Assembly: GCA_963695415.1 (NCBI GenBank) | Contig: CAVOGL010000005.1 | Coordinates: 8,175 to 72,174 of the forward strand | DNA from: an uncultured Chloroflexia bacterium | Lineage (GTDB): Bacteria; Chloroflexota; Anaerolineae; Anaerolineales; UBA4823 | Reading direction: 5' to 3' | Length of the DNA stretch: 64,000 nt | In this document: positions 26,553 through 38,745 of the stretch, piece after piece | How positions within the stretch are numbered: position 1 is the stretch's first letter | Layout of the letters: each line of letters begins with the position of its first letter | The notes under the pieces: model-generated | What the model was told of the DNA's origin: nothing | Databases searched by the model: none | The model's input: only the letters and a program-made list of their open reading frames with translations | Position numbers and translations under genes: made by a program

Positions 26553-27827
26553 TCAATTACTTTTATTCTTAACTAAAGGAACGAAGATCCTCTCTCCAAC
26601 ATATTCGAATGCTCCGATGTCACACACAGCCACCTGATCCTGATCACCATCAAATGGACGAGGAAAACCTCGTTGATCCATACCTGGACACGCAATCGCA
26701 TTACCCCCATCCCCTGCCGCATCTATCGCCGGACTGCCGACTAACAAGGCGTGCGTGAGGGTAGCTCCACCGTTATCTTTTAGAATCCCAAGTTGGGGAT
26801 CTTCAACCAGGATCGTACTATCGCAAGTCGTATCACTGCCAATATTGTGATGACCAGCATCGATGAGTGATGTGCATGCCTTTTTCCCTTCTTCAGCCGT
26901 GATGATCGAGTTATAGATTTCTATTACCAGCGGGTCATGAATTGCCCACCCATTCGAATTAGCTGTGTTGACGTTATTTGTTATCGTGGAGTAGTGAATT
27001 TTAAGATCCGCATCATTCCACTGGCTGATCCCGCCCCCATTCGCAGTCGCAGTATTTCCACTGATGGTGGTGTTGATCAGAATTGCCAGATTGTTGTTTG
27101 CGAAACCACCGCCATATTCTGCCATATTTTCAGCAATCAGGCACCCATCCAGCAGGATATAATCAGAACCTCCCTGGTAAATCCCACCTCCTTCACCGGA
27201 TGTTACATTTCCGGTGAACTGGCAGTCTCTAGCTTCCAAATCACCGTTTGCGTACAACCCACCACCGTACGAATAACCTTCCCCCAGGTTGTCACGCAAT
27301 GCAACCCGGATGAGAGTCAGAGCACTGTTTGAATTGTATTGACGGATTCCGGCTCCAGTTTTACTATCTCCAATCTTCCCATGACGAACAGTCAAATCGG
27401 TGAATTCAACAGAGATCGTTGCGTCTCCTGAAATTTCGATTACGCGATCTATCCCAACGGATGCGGATGCTCCTGCCTGGATGATGGTCTGGTCCATGCC
27501 TTCGCCTTCCAGGTTGACGGTGGCGAGGATGTCGAGGTCTCCCGTAGCATTGTTGTCTTCCTCGGAACCAGCCAGGCTCAGGGTATAAATCCCGGCTGGG
27601 ATATGGATGGTGTAGGTGTTCCCAGCATCAGCGTTTGCCTTGCTGATCGCCCCGCGCAGGCTGCAGTCATTCGCTGCAGATGTACAAGCCTGGTATGCAG
27701 GATCGTTCGAGTCACTGGTGGTGTCAATAGTGATGGATGTATCAATAGCTCGAACATCGTTGACGACTAACAGAACACCAACAAGTAAGATAACTACAAA
27801 ACTGATTCGAACAGAAGTGCTTCTCAT
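26553..27827 (-). CDS. CSLREA-domain / choice-of-anchor-Q beta-helix protein, secreted
   Basis: Start MRSTSVRISFVVILLVGVLLVV at 27827 after AAGGAG. ACTSAANDCSLRGAISKANADAGNTYTIHIPAGIYTL. Paralog of 25237-26418. Confidence 0.8.
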   Translation of the reverse strand: MRSTSVRISFVVILLVGVLLVVNDVRAIDTSITIDTTSDSNDPAYQACTSAANDCSLRGAISKANADAGNTYTIHIPAGIYTLSLAGSEEDNNATGDLDILATVNLEGEGMDQTIIQAGASASVGIDRVIEISGDATISVEFTDLTVRHGKIGDSKTGAGIRQYNSNSALTLIRVALRDNLGEGYSYGGGLYANGDLEARDCQFTGNVTSGEGGGIYQGGSDYILLDGCLIAENMAEYGGGFANNNLAILINTTISGNTATANGGGISQWNDADLKIHYSTITNNVNTANSNGWAIHDPLVIEIYNSIITAEEGKKACTSLIDAGHHNIGSDTTCDSTILVEDPQLGILKDNGGATLTHALLVGSPAIDAAGDGGNAIACPGMDQRGFPRPFDGDQDQVAVCDIGAFEYVGERIFVPLVKNKSN

Positions 27828-27974
27828 GGGTAGCTCCTTTTTGATCGCTTTAAAGGAAACTGAATACGGGTATGATGCTGGATCGGACACTACCAATAAA
27901 TTATTCCCCAGCTAAAATTATACTGTAATTTTTCGATGAAATTTTCAACCAAACCGAATAACCAAAAAGAGATT

Positions 27975-29145
27975 TCATTCAGTGACTCTAAGCACCATCC
28001 CTTGTCCCGGTGCCAGCCAGTTGTTTTCCCCTGCCAGGGGCTGAAGCTGTCCATTGAACGGTGAAAGCATCTCTAATTCCCATCCGGGTTCTGCCAGCTC
28101 AAGATGGAAATTGCTGGAATGGTGGAAATGCTTATTCACCAGCACAAGCCAACGACTGCCATCCAATTCGTGGACAAACTCACCCACCAGGAACTGGGCG
28201 TGTGTTCCCCTTGACCGCCCGAACCCAGGCGCTGTCATCAGCCTGCCGGCATCCTTCCGGCACATCACCAAAATGATATACCCGCCGCGAGTTCAGATTC
28301 AGGAGTGTGGGGGCTATCTGAGCTAATTGGTGAGAAACATTCTGCAAGTGATCCCAGGTTGCCGTACGCTTGCCAAACTGGTCAACGGGCGAAAGGCGGT
28401 AATTGCCCACCTCAGGAGCAATGTAGGTGAACCAGCTGATCCCTTTACCGCCATAAGCCAGGGTGGTGAACAACTGGAATCTTATCCCGGCAGGGGAAGG
28501 CTCCGCATAGGTGAAATGTGCATTCGACAGGACGATGTTCCAGAATGGGAGCGAGTATTCAGCCGATAACCTGCGGATCACTTCCAGGTTGGAAAAGTAG
28601 GAAGGTCGCAGGTTACCATCCTCGAAAAGGGCATAATGATCATAAGAGACAAACTGCGGCTGAACGGTCTCGATGTACATGCGCACGTATTCTTCATACG
28701 TTGCTGCTCCCAATTGTTCCGCAGAGGCGTAGTTTGGGAACAAGTTAATGTAAACCGGATGATCAGGATCCGCTTCCCTGAAAGCGGCAGCAACCTGCGC
28801 CAGACCCGGGAACTCGCTGGCATGCGGCTCATCCTTCACACAATAACCCGCCAGTGCTGGATGGTCTCCCACCTCGGCAGCAAGGCTGCGGGCATTGAGC
28901 TTGAGTTGGGTGGGATCGATATTTCGGAAATCATAATCCATGCTGCGCGGGTCATACACATAGCCCTGTAATCCTGCCTCACACACTTTATCCAGGTCTT
29001 CGGGCAGGATGAAACCTGCCTGGTTGATCCCGCAGTCTTTCATACCTTTGAGGACATCTGCATTGCTCAGGCTGGTCTCCCAGCGGGTTGTGGAAAACCC
29101 CCAGGCGAGATTTGGAAAGTACGGAAAAAGTTGTTTTTCTGCCAT
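27975..29145 (-). pseudogene. Putative glycoside hydrolase (TIM-barrel-like), frameshifted
   Basis: ORF 28180-29169 (start MAEKQLFPYF at 29145) loses sense after ...VYHFGDVPEGC. ORF 27975-28271 continues with ...LMTAPGFGRSRGTHAQFLVGEFVHELDGSRWLVLVNK. The shift lies near 28230-28265. Confidence 0.6.
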
Positions 29146-29465
29146 ATCTCCTCCGTTTAAATCACACACTTATAAATAATTCTAGTCGAACCAATCAGGT
29201 TCACCGACAACATTCATCGATAACAGTATGAAGCGTCTGGTAAGAAATCCTACCTTTACGCTTTTATACCAGAAAAATTCATCCTTTACATCCTGATCGG
29301 CTCCACTTCCGGGAACCTCTTCGAAAATCCGAAGAGGTTCCCGGCTTTTAAGCCTTCCCCACGATTTCCCCACGCCCACCCGCTTTCTCCCCACATTCTA
29401 CCCGGCATTGTCCCCACTCACATTCGCGATGCTGGAGTCAGGACGAAAACAAAAGGAGAAAGCCA

Positions 29466-30237
29466 ATGAACCGCAAAATCCTGACCCTCAGCACCCTGAC
29501 CATCCTGATCCTGACCATCTTCGCCAGCGCTTGCTCAGACACAACCCCCACGCGCGAATCTCTTCAGGAGATCCCCAACCAGTCAGCCCTCCTACAGGCA
29601 GCCCAGGAATACCTGCCTGTAGGCATTCAAATCCCCTCAAGAACTCCCCGCCCGGATCAGCGAGCCGCAGCTGTTGGCTGCCTGGATCAGCCTTCACGAG
29701 CAGACAGAAAATATCACAGTCTGGGATGGCAGCAGCTGGAGTGGTCGCAGGTTGGCACAATTCTTACTGGACAACAATGTCTCCGTCAGTTGGAGCACCC
29801 CGGATGTATGCCAATACTCCTGCACCAAACGTCCGTTGTGCGAGACCGAAGACTGCGCTCGCAAGAATGAATCCGATTACCCCATCTACATCGACACGGC
29901 GCTGAAATCAGCATCAATCCAGAAACTCGCCGGCACCCTGGCACACGAAGCCTATCACCACACTGAGCCCTTCGGTAAGATCAAGGACACTCTCTTTGAA
30001 GAATACTGGGCGTTCAAGGTCGGGTCAGCCATCTCCGGCGAATCCTGGGGACCACTCGTCGAAGGTGATGAGTACAAGCCGGTTTGCCTGAACAAGTGGT
30101 TCGGCAGCAGTGGTTTCGTGACCACCTACGATATGCCCGAATATCCACAGCAAATCTCCCAGACAACAATATCCGCTGATGACGTCTGCCGCTACCAATC
30201 CAACATCAATCCGGATGCCATGGTAACTGGACCTTGA
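29466..30237 (+). pseudogene. Lipoprotein with HExxH-like motif (AHEAYHH), frameshifted
   Basis: MNRKILTLSTLTILILTIFASAC (lipobox) opens at 29466. After ...QEYLPV the coding frame changes to FKSPQELPARISEPQLLAAWISLHEQ, which is ORF 29674-30237. The shift lies near 29625-29640. Confidence 0.6.
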
Positions 30238-30291
30238 GAATACTTCTTCTCTCTTTTAGAAACTGCCGGGAATGTTTCCGGCAGTTTCGAT

Positions 30292-31315
30292 TCAACCAAT
30301 CAGTTTTTCATAAATGTAGCGTACATTCGTCTCAAACCGCCCTCTGCTGCCGTACAACCACTCCCGGTAGGGTTCAGGGAACTGGATTTTGAGAGCATCC
30401 TCGACTGATCCCCCATTTCTAACCACTTCTCCGACCCAGTTCTTCCAGCATGTCAAAATAACCCATCTGCAAAACCAGGTCTTCTTTAGAACCCACCGGA
30501 CCATGCCCGGGAACGAAAATTTCGTATTGCGAATTCGAGGAAGTACTGCACCTGTTCCCGGTATCCATCGATGTCGCAGAACCCCATGAACGGCTGGCAG
30601 TCGAAAAAACCGATGTCACCTATGAAGGCGATACGCTCCTCGGTCAGCAGCAGGGCAACATCTTCCTCAGAATGCCCGCGTCCCATCGAGCGGAACTCGA
30701 CCGCCGAGGGAAACTCGGACGCCGAGGGGAACCCAGCCGCTGAGTGAAACTCAGCCACTCGCTGGCTGCCATAGAGCATTAGCGAGCCATCGAAAACGAT
30801 ATCCGGGTAGCGCGGTTCGTAGACCGCCATCTCATCCAGAACCGTTCGTGCCATCACGATCGATTGCGCCAGTCCTGATTTCTCGCGGGGTCCGGCTCTG
30901 CCGCATATTTCGCTTCCAATTCCATTAACCAATCCTGCCATTCAGATGGCTGCTGGTATTCCTCGATCATATTCTCTCCCCACTCGAGAGCCACTTTCCG
31001 GACCGAAGGGGTGGAGACCAGCGAGGTTGTCTTATCAAAAGCGGAGGCACCGATCCAGTGGTCATTGTGCGCGTGGGTGAGCAGGATCAGTTCTACCGGG
31101 CGGTGGAAAAGCTTTTCGGCAGCCTGGCGCAAATCACCTCCTGCTGCCATCGAGTTGAAAGCATCCACCAGGACCGTACGTTCACCCAGGTTGATCAAAC
31201 CGGCGTTGGAGTACGCCGCCCCACCCTGTTTATGGGTGCAGGCAATCACACCGGGCGACAGCGGTTCCAGGGAAAAGTGTTTCGATTGGGGGAAATCATT
31301 CAAGGTCATCGGCAC
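30292..31315 (-). pseudogene. MBL-fold metallo-hydrolase, at least three frameshifts
   Basis: LILLTHAHNDHWIGA (HxHxDH) is in ORF 30854-31315. The protein then continues through ORFs 30486-30941, 30419-30619 (FVPGHGPVGSKEDL) and 30292-30504. Confidence 0.75.
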
Positions 31316-31417
31316 CTCCCGCCAGTGAATATTGACAGCAGCTTTCGATTAATTATATCCGCTACATTTACACGAGAAACTCGAAGTCGAGGTATCATTA
31401 AGGCAGCCCTCCATTCC

Positions 31418-32561
31418 ATGTTGCCATCCTCTGACCAACCTTCGGTGCGACTCGCCCTGGACACAATCTTGCGTATACCAAATCCAGGTATTCCCAGCTG
31501 TATGTTGCACGTGATGCAGCACGACCACATCGAGCGTCTGGCAGGATCCAACCCGGACAGTTACCTGTCATGATCCTCACGGGATCTACATCCGCATGCA
31601 GCAGAACATCGGCACCTGTCTTTTGGACCAGTACCTGGCGGAGAACCCGCTGACCATGGGAGATTCCGGTTTTGATCCCGGTTCCACCCGCACTGCCACC
31701 ACTGGATTGGAGGCGGTACAACTGGACGGGATCGCCATCCGTTCAGCGGAATCCGTGGTCGAGCACCTGGAGACCGTCGAATTTCCCTCTTTACGAAACA
31801 GGATCCTTGATTTTGATATAAATTCTGTGAAATCAAGCATCATTCAGGCTGAAGCAGAACTGCAAGACATGTTGGGACCTTCGATCTTGAAATGCCCTTA
31901 CGGGATCACCCTATTCCCGGTTCTGGATTATGCCAGATACGGGTACTTGCCCTATTTTCAAGCATACGCATTATTTCCGGATGTGATCGAAAAGCATTTC
32001 AAACTGCAGGCAGACCTTGCGGAATTACACAACAAGGCAGCCGCGCAGGCGATCATGGATGGAAACCTGCCCCCATTGATCCGGTTGGATCATGACATGG
32101 CTGATTCACGCGGCACGCTGGTCAGCCTGCAGTCTCTGGACCGCCTCTGGTTCCCCCATTTCACCCGCAGCATCCAGCCTCTGCTCCACGCCAATATCAA
32201 GCTGATCTGGCACTGCGACGGAAACCTGATGGGGATGGTGCCGCGGCTCCTGGATGTGGGATTGTCAGGATTCCAGGGATTCCAGTATGAAGACGGCATG
32301 GATTACTGTCAGATCTGCAGGATGAAAACCAGGGACGGCGAGAGTTTACTGATCATCGCCGGTGTCTCGGTCACGCGCACGCTGCCTTTCGAGAGTCCCG
32401 GAGACGTGCGTCGCGAGCTGATGTGGCTGGCGGAGAACGGACCACCGACCGGTCTGTTCCTGGGCGCCTCCAGCTCGATCCTCCCGGGCACCCCCTGGGA
32501 CAACCTGCACACCCTGGTGGAGGGACTGCGCCATTACCAGAAAAGGAGAAATAAAAAATGA
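31418..32561 (+). pseudogene. Uroporphyrinogen-decarboxylase (URO-D)-like family protein, frameshifted
   Basis: The ATG at 31418 gives MLPSSDQPSVRLALDTILRIPNPGIPSCMLHVMQHDHIERLAGSNPDSYLS then stops. ORF 31596-32561 continues in the adjacent frame. The shift lies near 31560-31580. Confidence 0.6.
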
Positions 32562-33863
32562 TCCGTCGAGAAAACATTGAACACCTGGTCCCGCAAAACG
32601 GAGTTGCCTATGATGTCATCGTTGCTGGAGGAGGCCCTGCCGGGATCGGTGCGGCAATAGGTTCTGCCCTCCAGGGTGCCAGGACGCTGATCCTGGAAGG
32701 GCGTAGCTTCTTCGGTGGCGTGGCAGCAGTGGCGATGTGGATGCCGATGAACCGCTTGCTGCAGGATGCAGGTAAACGCAGTGACGTCCACCAGCTGCTG
32801 GTCGATAAGATCTTGTCCTACCAACCGCCAGCTGCCATCCCTGGAAAAAGTGACATGATCAATGGCGATGGTCTGAACGTCCACCCGGATTACCTGCGCC
32901 TGGCATGCTTCGAGCTTTTCGAAGAGCATAGTGTCCACTACCGCCTGTACAGCCCGGTGACCGGGGTAGTCATGGATGGCAATTGTTTGAAAGGCGTGGT
33001 GACAACCAGCAAGGATGGGCTGCAGCAATTTTCAGGAGGCGTCATCATCGACGCAACCGGCGATGGGGACGTTGCGCATCTGGCAGGGGCAGAAATGGTC
33101 TACGGCATGGAGGAAGATGGTCGCCATATGCCCATCTCGCTCGTGTTTGCCCTGGCGAATGTAGACACTGAAAAGTTCTTTGATTACCTCGATGCCCGAC
33201 AGGAAGAATTCCAGGAGATCCTGGATCAGTCCTTTGCAGACGGGTATGCCATCGCCGCCTGGTACAGCTTCGACCGCACGACCATCCCGGGTGTGGTCAA
33301 TGTCAATAACGGCGCGCTGCGCCAGATCGGTAACCTGGACGGCACCCGTGCGCAGCACCTGACGATTGCTGAACGCGCAGGCATCCAGGTAGCGGTGGAT
33401 CTGGTCGCTGTGGCACGAGAAAAACAGATCCCGGGTCTGGAGGAGTGCTACCTGGTGCGGGTAGGCGCCCATGCAGGCGTGCGTGATACCCGCCGTCTGG
33501 TGGGTGAATATATGTTGACCGTGGAGGATGCACGCCAGCGGTCCAGAATTTGATGACGTGGTCGCCCGGAAATTTGGTGCTATCGATGCAAACCAGCTGT
33601 TCATCGGCGAGATGAAATCCGGCTTTGCCTACCCCTACCGAAGCATGTTGCCCAGGAAGATCGAATACCTGCTGGTCGCCGGACGCTGCGCCTCAGCCAC
33701 GTTCCTCGGTCACGCTGCCGGGAAGAGCATGGGCAACATGATGGCGCTGGGTCAGGCTGCCGGGGTGGCTGCAGCAATGAGTGTGCAGCAGCATGTTCTT
33801 CCCCGCGATCTGGATGTGGGTTCTCTTCAATCATCGTTGCGGAACATGGGCGTCTTGATTTAG
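32558..33863 (+). pseudogene. FAD-dependent oxidoreductase (FAD_oxidored type), frameshifted
   Basis: YDVIVAGGGPAGIGAA dinucleotide motif. ...RRLVGEYMLTVEDAR then shifts near 33530-33545 into GPEFDDVVARKFGAIDANQ...LLVAGRCASATFLGHAAGKSMGNMMALGQAAG. Confidence 0.75.
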
Positions 33864-33876
33864 GAGTAACGGTGAA

Positions 33877-35313
33877 ATGGAACATTACGACACGATAGTG
33901 TTGGGCGGTGGGTCCGCCGGGATTACCGCCGCCATCCAGGCTGGTCGGGCAGGGGTGCGCACGCTGCTGGTGGAAAAGAACGGCATTCTGGGCGGTACGA
34001 TGATACCGGGGGGAGTTAATTACCCCGGTCTGTTCCATGCATGGGGCAGGCAGGTGGTTGCCGGGATCGGTTGGGATCTGGTAAAAAGGACGGTCTCGCT
34101 CTCTGGAGGCGAGCTGCCAGATTTCACACTTCCAGACCAACCGCACTGGAAGCAGCAGGTGCGCGTTGACCGGGCACTTTTAGCCGCGCTGGCGGATGAA
34201 GCTGTACTCGCTGCCGGGGTAAAACCGCTGTTCCACACCATGGTTGCACAGGTTCAAAAGATTGCGAATACATGGAACCTGACCCTGTGCACCAAAGAAG
34301 GTTTGCAAACCTTTTCCTGTACGGTTCTGGTTGACTGCACCGGTGACGCCAATGGTAGCGGTTTGGCGGGGTTCGAGCGCCGGATGAATCCAGAATTACA
34401 ACCGGGAACGCTGATTTTCCGCCTGGGAGGTTACCGTGCTGAGGATGTGGACATCGAAGCGATCACCCGGGCTGCGATGAAAGCAATCAGGGCAGGAGAC
34501 CTGCTGCGAACGGATTTCTCATACAGCCAGCCGATGGTAGAAAATTTCCTGCGCAATCGGGGAGAGAACGCCATGCATGTACCCGATATCGATGGCAGCA
34601 CCAGCGCCGGTCGCACGCAGGCTGAGATCAAAGGTCGCCAGGCGCTCCTGCGCCTTTACCGCTTCCTGCGGATTCAGCCTGGACTGGAGGACCTGACCAT
34701 CGATTATTGTGCCCCGGAGGTGGGCATCCGCGAAACCTGGACCATTGCAGGGAAAAAGACGATCTGCGCAGAGGATTATGCCAGCGGAAAAATGTGGGAT
34801 GATGCGGTTTGTTACAGTTTCTACCCGATTGACATCCACCGCAGCGATGAAAGTGGATTGGATCTGAGACCTCTCACACCAGGCACTTTCCCCACCATCC
34901 CCCGCGGGGCGATGCTGCCATCGGGCAGTCGTAATTTGATTGCAGCCGGTCGCTGCATTTCTGGTGACCAGGCTGCCAGCTCCGCATTCCGCACCCAGGC
35001 GACGTGCATGGCGACCGGGCAGGCTGCCGGCGCGCTGGCAGCCCTGGCGGTGAAACTGGACTGCGATGTTGAGGAAGTGCCCCTGGAGCTGCTGTTCGAG
35101 CTGCTGGCTGAACATGGTGCTATCGTCCCCGGTGAAGTGCACGTAATAATTAGAATTAACAACGTAAATTACTTGATCAAAAACTCGATATCTACTAAAA
35201 TGATTGTGAAGCTTATGAACACCGCAGCACACACCGATAGAAGCTTGCAAGAAGGGGGAAGTATCAAATCTACTGTTGTATATCGCACAATAAAACCTAC
35301 AACCAACCAATGA
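33877..35313 (+). CDS. FAD-dependent oxidoreductase (paralogous type)
   Basis: YDTIVLGGGSAGITAA, ...LIAAGRCISGDQAASSAFRTQATCMATGQAAG. The last 50 or so codons are AT-rich and look like read-through past a TAATAA that sits in another frame near 35146. Confidence 0.75.
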   Translation: MEHYDTIVLGGGSAGITAAIQAGRAGVRTLLVEKNGILGGTMIPGGVNYPGLFHAWGRQVVAGIGWDLVKRTVSLSGGELPDFTLPDQPHWKQQVRVDRALLAALADEAVLAAGVKPLFHTMVAQVQKIANTWNLTLCTKEGLQTFSCTVLVDCTGDANGSGLAGFERRMNPELQPGTLIFRLGGYRAEDVDIEAITRAAMKAIRAGDLLRTDFSYSQPMVENFLRNRGENAMHVPDIDGSTSAGRTQAEIKGRQALLRLYRFLRIQPGLEDLTIDYCAPEVGIRETWTIAGKKTICAEDYASGKMWDDAVCYSFYPIDIHRSDESGLDLRPLTPGTFPTIPRGAMLPSGSRNLIAAGRCISGDQAASSAFRTQATCMATGQAAGALAALAVKLDCDVEEVPLELLFELLAEHGAIVPGEVHVIIRINNVNYLIKNSISTKMIVKLMNTAAHTDRSLQEGGSIKSTVVYRTIKPTTNQ

Positions 35314-35326
35314 AAAGGAGCTCTTC

Positions 35327-38300
35327 ATGAAGAATTTTCGATTCTGGAATAAGGTAATTTCGCTGGCGATGATCCTGGCATTTATCCTTGCTCTGATCCC
35401 ACCACAGAATTCTGTGTCTGCATCGGCGTCAGAGCTTTTTATTTCTGAGTATATTGAAGGCAGTAGCTTCAATAAAGCCATCGAGATTTATAACGGAACC
35501 GGTGGAACTGTAGATTTATCCACCTATAATCTAGAATTGTACTCAAACGGATCAGCGAGTGTATCGAAGAGTGTTGCCTTAAGCGGATCTTTGGGGAATG
35601 GTGACGTATTTGTTATTGCCCATGAAGATGCAGATCCATTAATAATTGCACAAGCGGATCAAATCGATCCATCCTCAAATGTCATCAACTTCAATGGAGA
35701 TGATGCCATTGTCCTAAAGAATAATGGTTATGTTGTCGATTTATTTGGTCAGGTGGGTGTAGATCCCGGAAGCCAATGGCCTGGCGGTGGTGCGGATGAT
35801 ACCCTGCGGCGATTGGAAACTATATGCACCGGGGATACCAATCCAGATGATGTTTTCGATGCATCAGACGAATGGATGGTTCTTGCTAAGGATACCTTCG
35901 ATGGATTAGGCTCTCATACTGCTAACTGTGACGGTAATGGCGGCCCAATTGACCCAGTGATCAACGAGTTTTCTGCAAATACGACTGGTAACCCAGATTT
36001 CGAATATATTGAAGTTTTTGGGGATCCAACAACAGACTATTCATCGTTCACTATTCTCGAGATTGAAGGCGACTCAACTAAAGGCGAAATAGACAGGATA
36101 TTCCCCATTGGAACAACTGACAGCAACGGGCTCTGGACGACAGGCGCTGGTAATCTTTCAATCGAAAATGGGACCATCACCTTAATGCTTGTTGATGGTT
36201 TCACTGGAACAACCGGCAATGATATCGACGGTGATGATGATGGCGTGATCGATTTTATGCCTTGGGGCAGAATTGTTGACACAGTATCAGTATATGACGG
36301 GGGGACTGGAGATATTACATATGGAGTTCCAGTTCTGTTTCCGAATTATGATGGTGTGAGCAGCTTCGCTCCTGGAGGTGCTTCGCGAATACCTGATGGT
36401 TTTGACACAAACTCGACAACCGATTGGGTACGTAATGATTTTGACCTGGCTGGGATTCCAGGATTTACCGGTTCTCTCGGTCCAGGTGAGGCACTGAATA
36501 CACCCGGTGTATTAAATGAAGTCTATGTTGCTCCTCCAGAAATGTGCGGGGATCCATCGCTCCTTGTCAGCGAAGTACAAGGAAGCGGACTATTCTCACC
36601 TTATGATAATCAAGAGGTGGCTGTCGAAGGTGTGGTGACGGGTGATTTCCAGAACAACGCCAGTCCTGACGATGGTGATCTCAACGGTTTCTATATTCAA
36701 GACACAATTGATGTGGTTGACGCTGACCCAGCTACTTCGGACGGCATATTTGTGTATGCTCCATCCAGTGTTGATGTGTCAGCCGGTGATAAAGTGCGCG
36801 TGCGCGGCACCGTGGATGAGTTTGTTACCAATAATGGCGCTTCATCCATGACTGAGATCAAGAACATCATCCAGGTTTGGGATTGTGGCACAGCAGTTGT
36901 CCCCACTCCAGTCGATGTCCTGCTGCCGGTCACAAACCTGAGTGATTACGAAGCCTTTGAAGGTATGTTGGTTCGATTTCCTCAAACATTGCGTATCGGC
37001 GAATATTTCAATTTTGACCGGTTCAATGAGATCATCCTGACAACAACCCGGCAGTACCAACCGACGGCAATCTTTGAGCCTGGATCATTAGATTACTCAG
37101 AACTCGCGGATTTGAACGCCCGAAGCCGGATCATGATGGATGATGGTCGCACATCTCAGAATTCAGACCCAGCCATCCACCCGAACGGTCTCCCCTTCGA
37201 TCTTTCCAACCTCTTCCGAGGCGGTGATACCGTACAATCGGTGACCGGTGTGTTGGATGAAACCTACAGCTACTACCGCATTCAACCTACCCAGGTAGGT
37301 ATTAATACAGCAACCAATCCGAGACCCGCTGTCCCAGATGCTGTCGGTGGCAGCTTGAAAGTGGCTTCTTTCAATGTACTCAACTACTTCACCACAATCG
37401 ATACAGGTGGAGCGTTGTGCGGTCCTCCCGGTTACGAGCAAGAATGCCGCGGTGCAGACAATACCGAAGAATTCACCCGCCAGCGCGACAAGATCATTGC
37501 CGCCCTTCCACCGATTAACGCAGACGTCGTCGGTCTGATCGAGATCGAGAACAATCGCCTTCGAAGCCGTGGCAGACCTGGTCAGTCGGGTTGAACGCAT
37601 TGATGGGCGCAGGCACGTATGATTATGTCGACACCGGTTACATCGGCACGGACGCGATCAAAGTCGCCCTGATCTACAAACCGGCGACGGTTAGCCTGGT
37701 CGGCAGCTCACGCCATCCTGGATTCAAGCGTGGATGCACGCTTCCTGGACGATAAGAACCGCCCGGTTCTGGCGCAGACCTTCATGGATAGCTCCACGGG
37801 TGGTGTCTTCACGGTGGCGGTCAACCACCTCAAATCGAAGGGCTCAGATTGCAATGATGTGATGATCGATGGTGTTTATGATGTTGATAACGGTGACGGG
37901 CAGGGGAACTGCAACCTGACGCGCAAGAGCAGCGGCAGCCGCATTGGTCGACTGGTTGGCAACCGACCCGACCGGCAGCGGTGACAGCGACTACCTGATC
38001 ATCGGTGACCTGAACTCGTACGACAAGGAAGACCCGATCGACGTGCTGGTGAACGCCGGTTTCACCGACCTGATCAACGCATTCCAGGGAGAGTACGCTT
38101 ACTCCTACCTGTTCGACGGGCAGCTGGGCTACCTGGATTACGCCCTCGCCAGCCCCGGCTTGGTGGGTGAAGTGACCGGCACGACCGTCTGGCACATCAA
38201 CGCCGATGAGCCGGACCTGATCGATTACGATACCAGCTTCAAGCAGCCACCTCAACAGGCTATCTACGCTCCGGATGCTTATCGTGCTTCAGACCATGAT

Positions 38301-38704
38301 GCGGTGATTGTCGGTTTAGATGTGTGTGACGAGATCGCCCCGACCATCGAAGTCAGTGTCACTCCCGACACACTCTGGTCGCCAAACCACAAGTATGTGG
38401 AAGTGGCAGCAACTGTAACGGTTGACGGATAATTTCGATCCTGATCCAACGATTACGCTGGTCTAGGTTTACTCCAACGAACCCGACAACGGGCGTGGGC
38501 GACGGGAACACCCCGGACGACATTGTGATCCTGGATGATTTCACCTTCCTCCTGCGAGCAGAGCGTGCAGGAAGTGGTGAGGGCAGAGTGTACACTATCA
38601 CTTACATGGTGACGGATGACTGCGGAAACATAGCTTACGCACTCAGCAACGGTGACGGTGCCGAAAAGTCAAGGCAAAAAGAAGTAAATCCTACCGGCAA
38701 GTAA
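35327..38704 (+). pseudogene. ExeM/NucH-family extracellular nuclease (LTD domains + endonuclease/exonuclease/phosphatase domain), multiply disrupted 3' part
   Basis: Intact for 755 codons: signal peptide, SELFISEYIEGSSFNKAIEIYNGTG, VINEFSANTTGNPDFEYIEVFG. From about 37555 onward there are at least six frame changes and one in-frame TAG (38464-38466). Confidence 0.8.
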
Positions 38705-38745
38705 CCAGAGGTCAGAAGGTGCCAGGCACCGGCGATTTCATCGCT

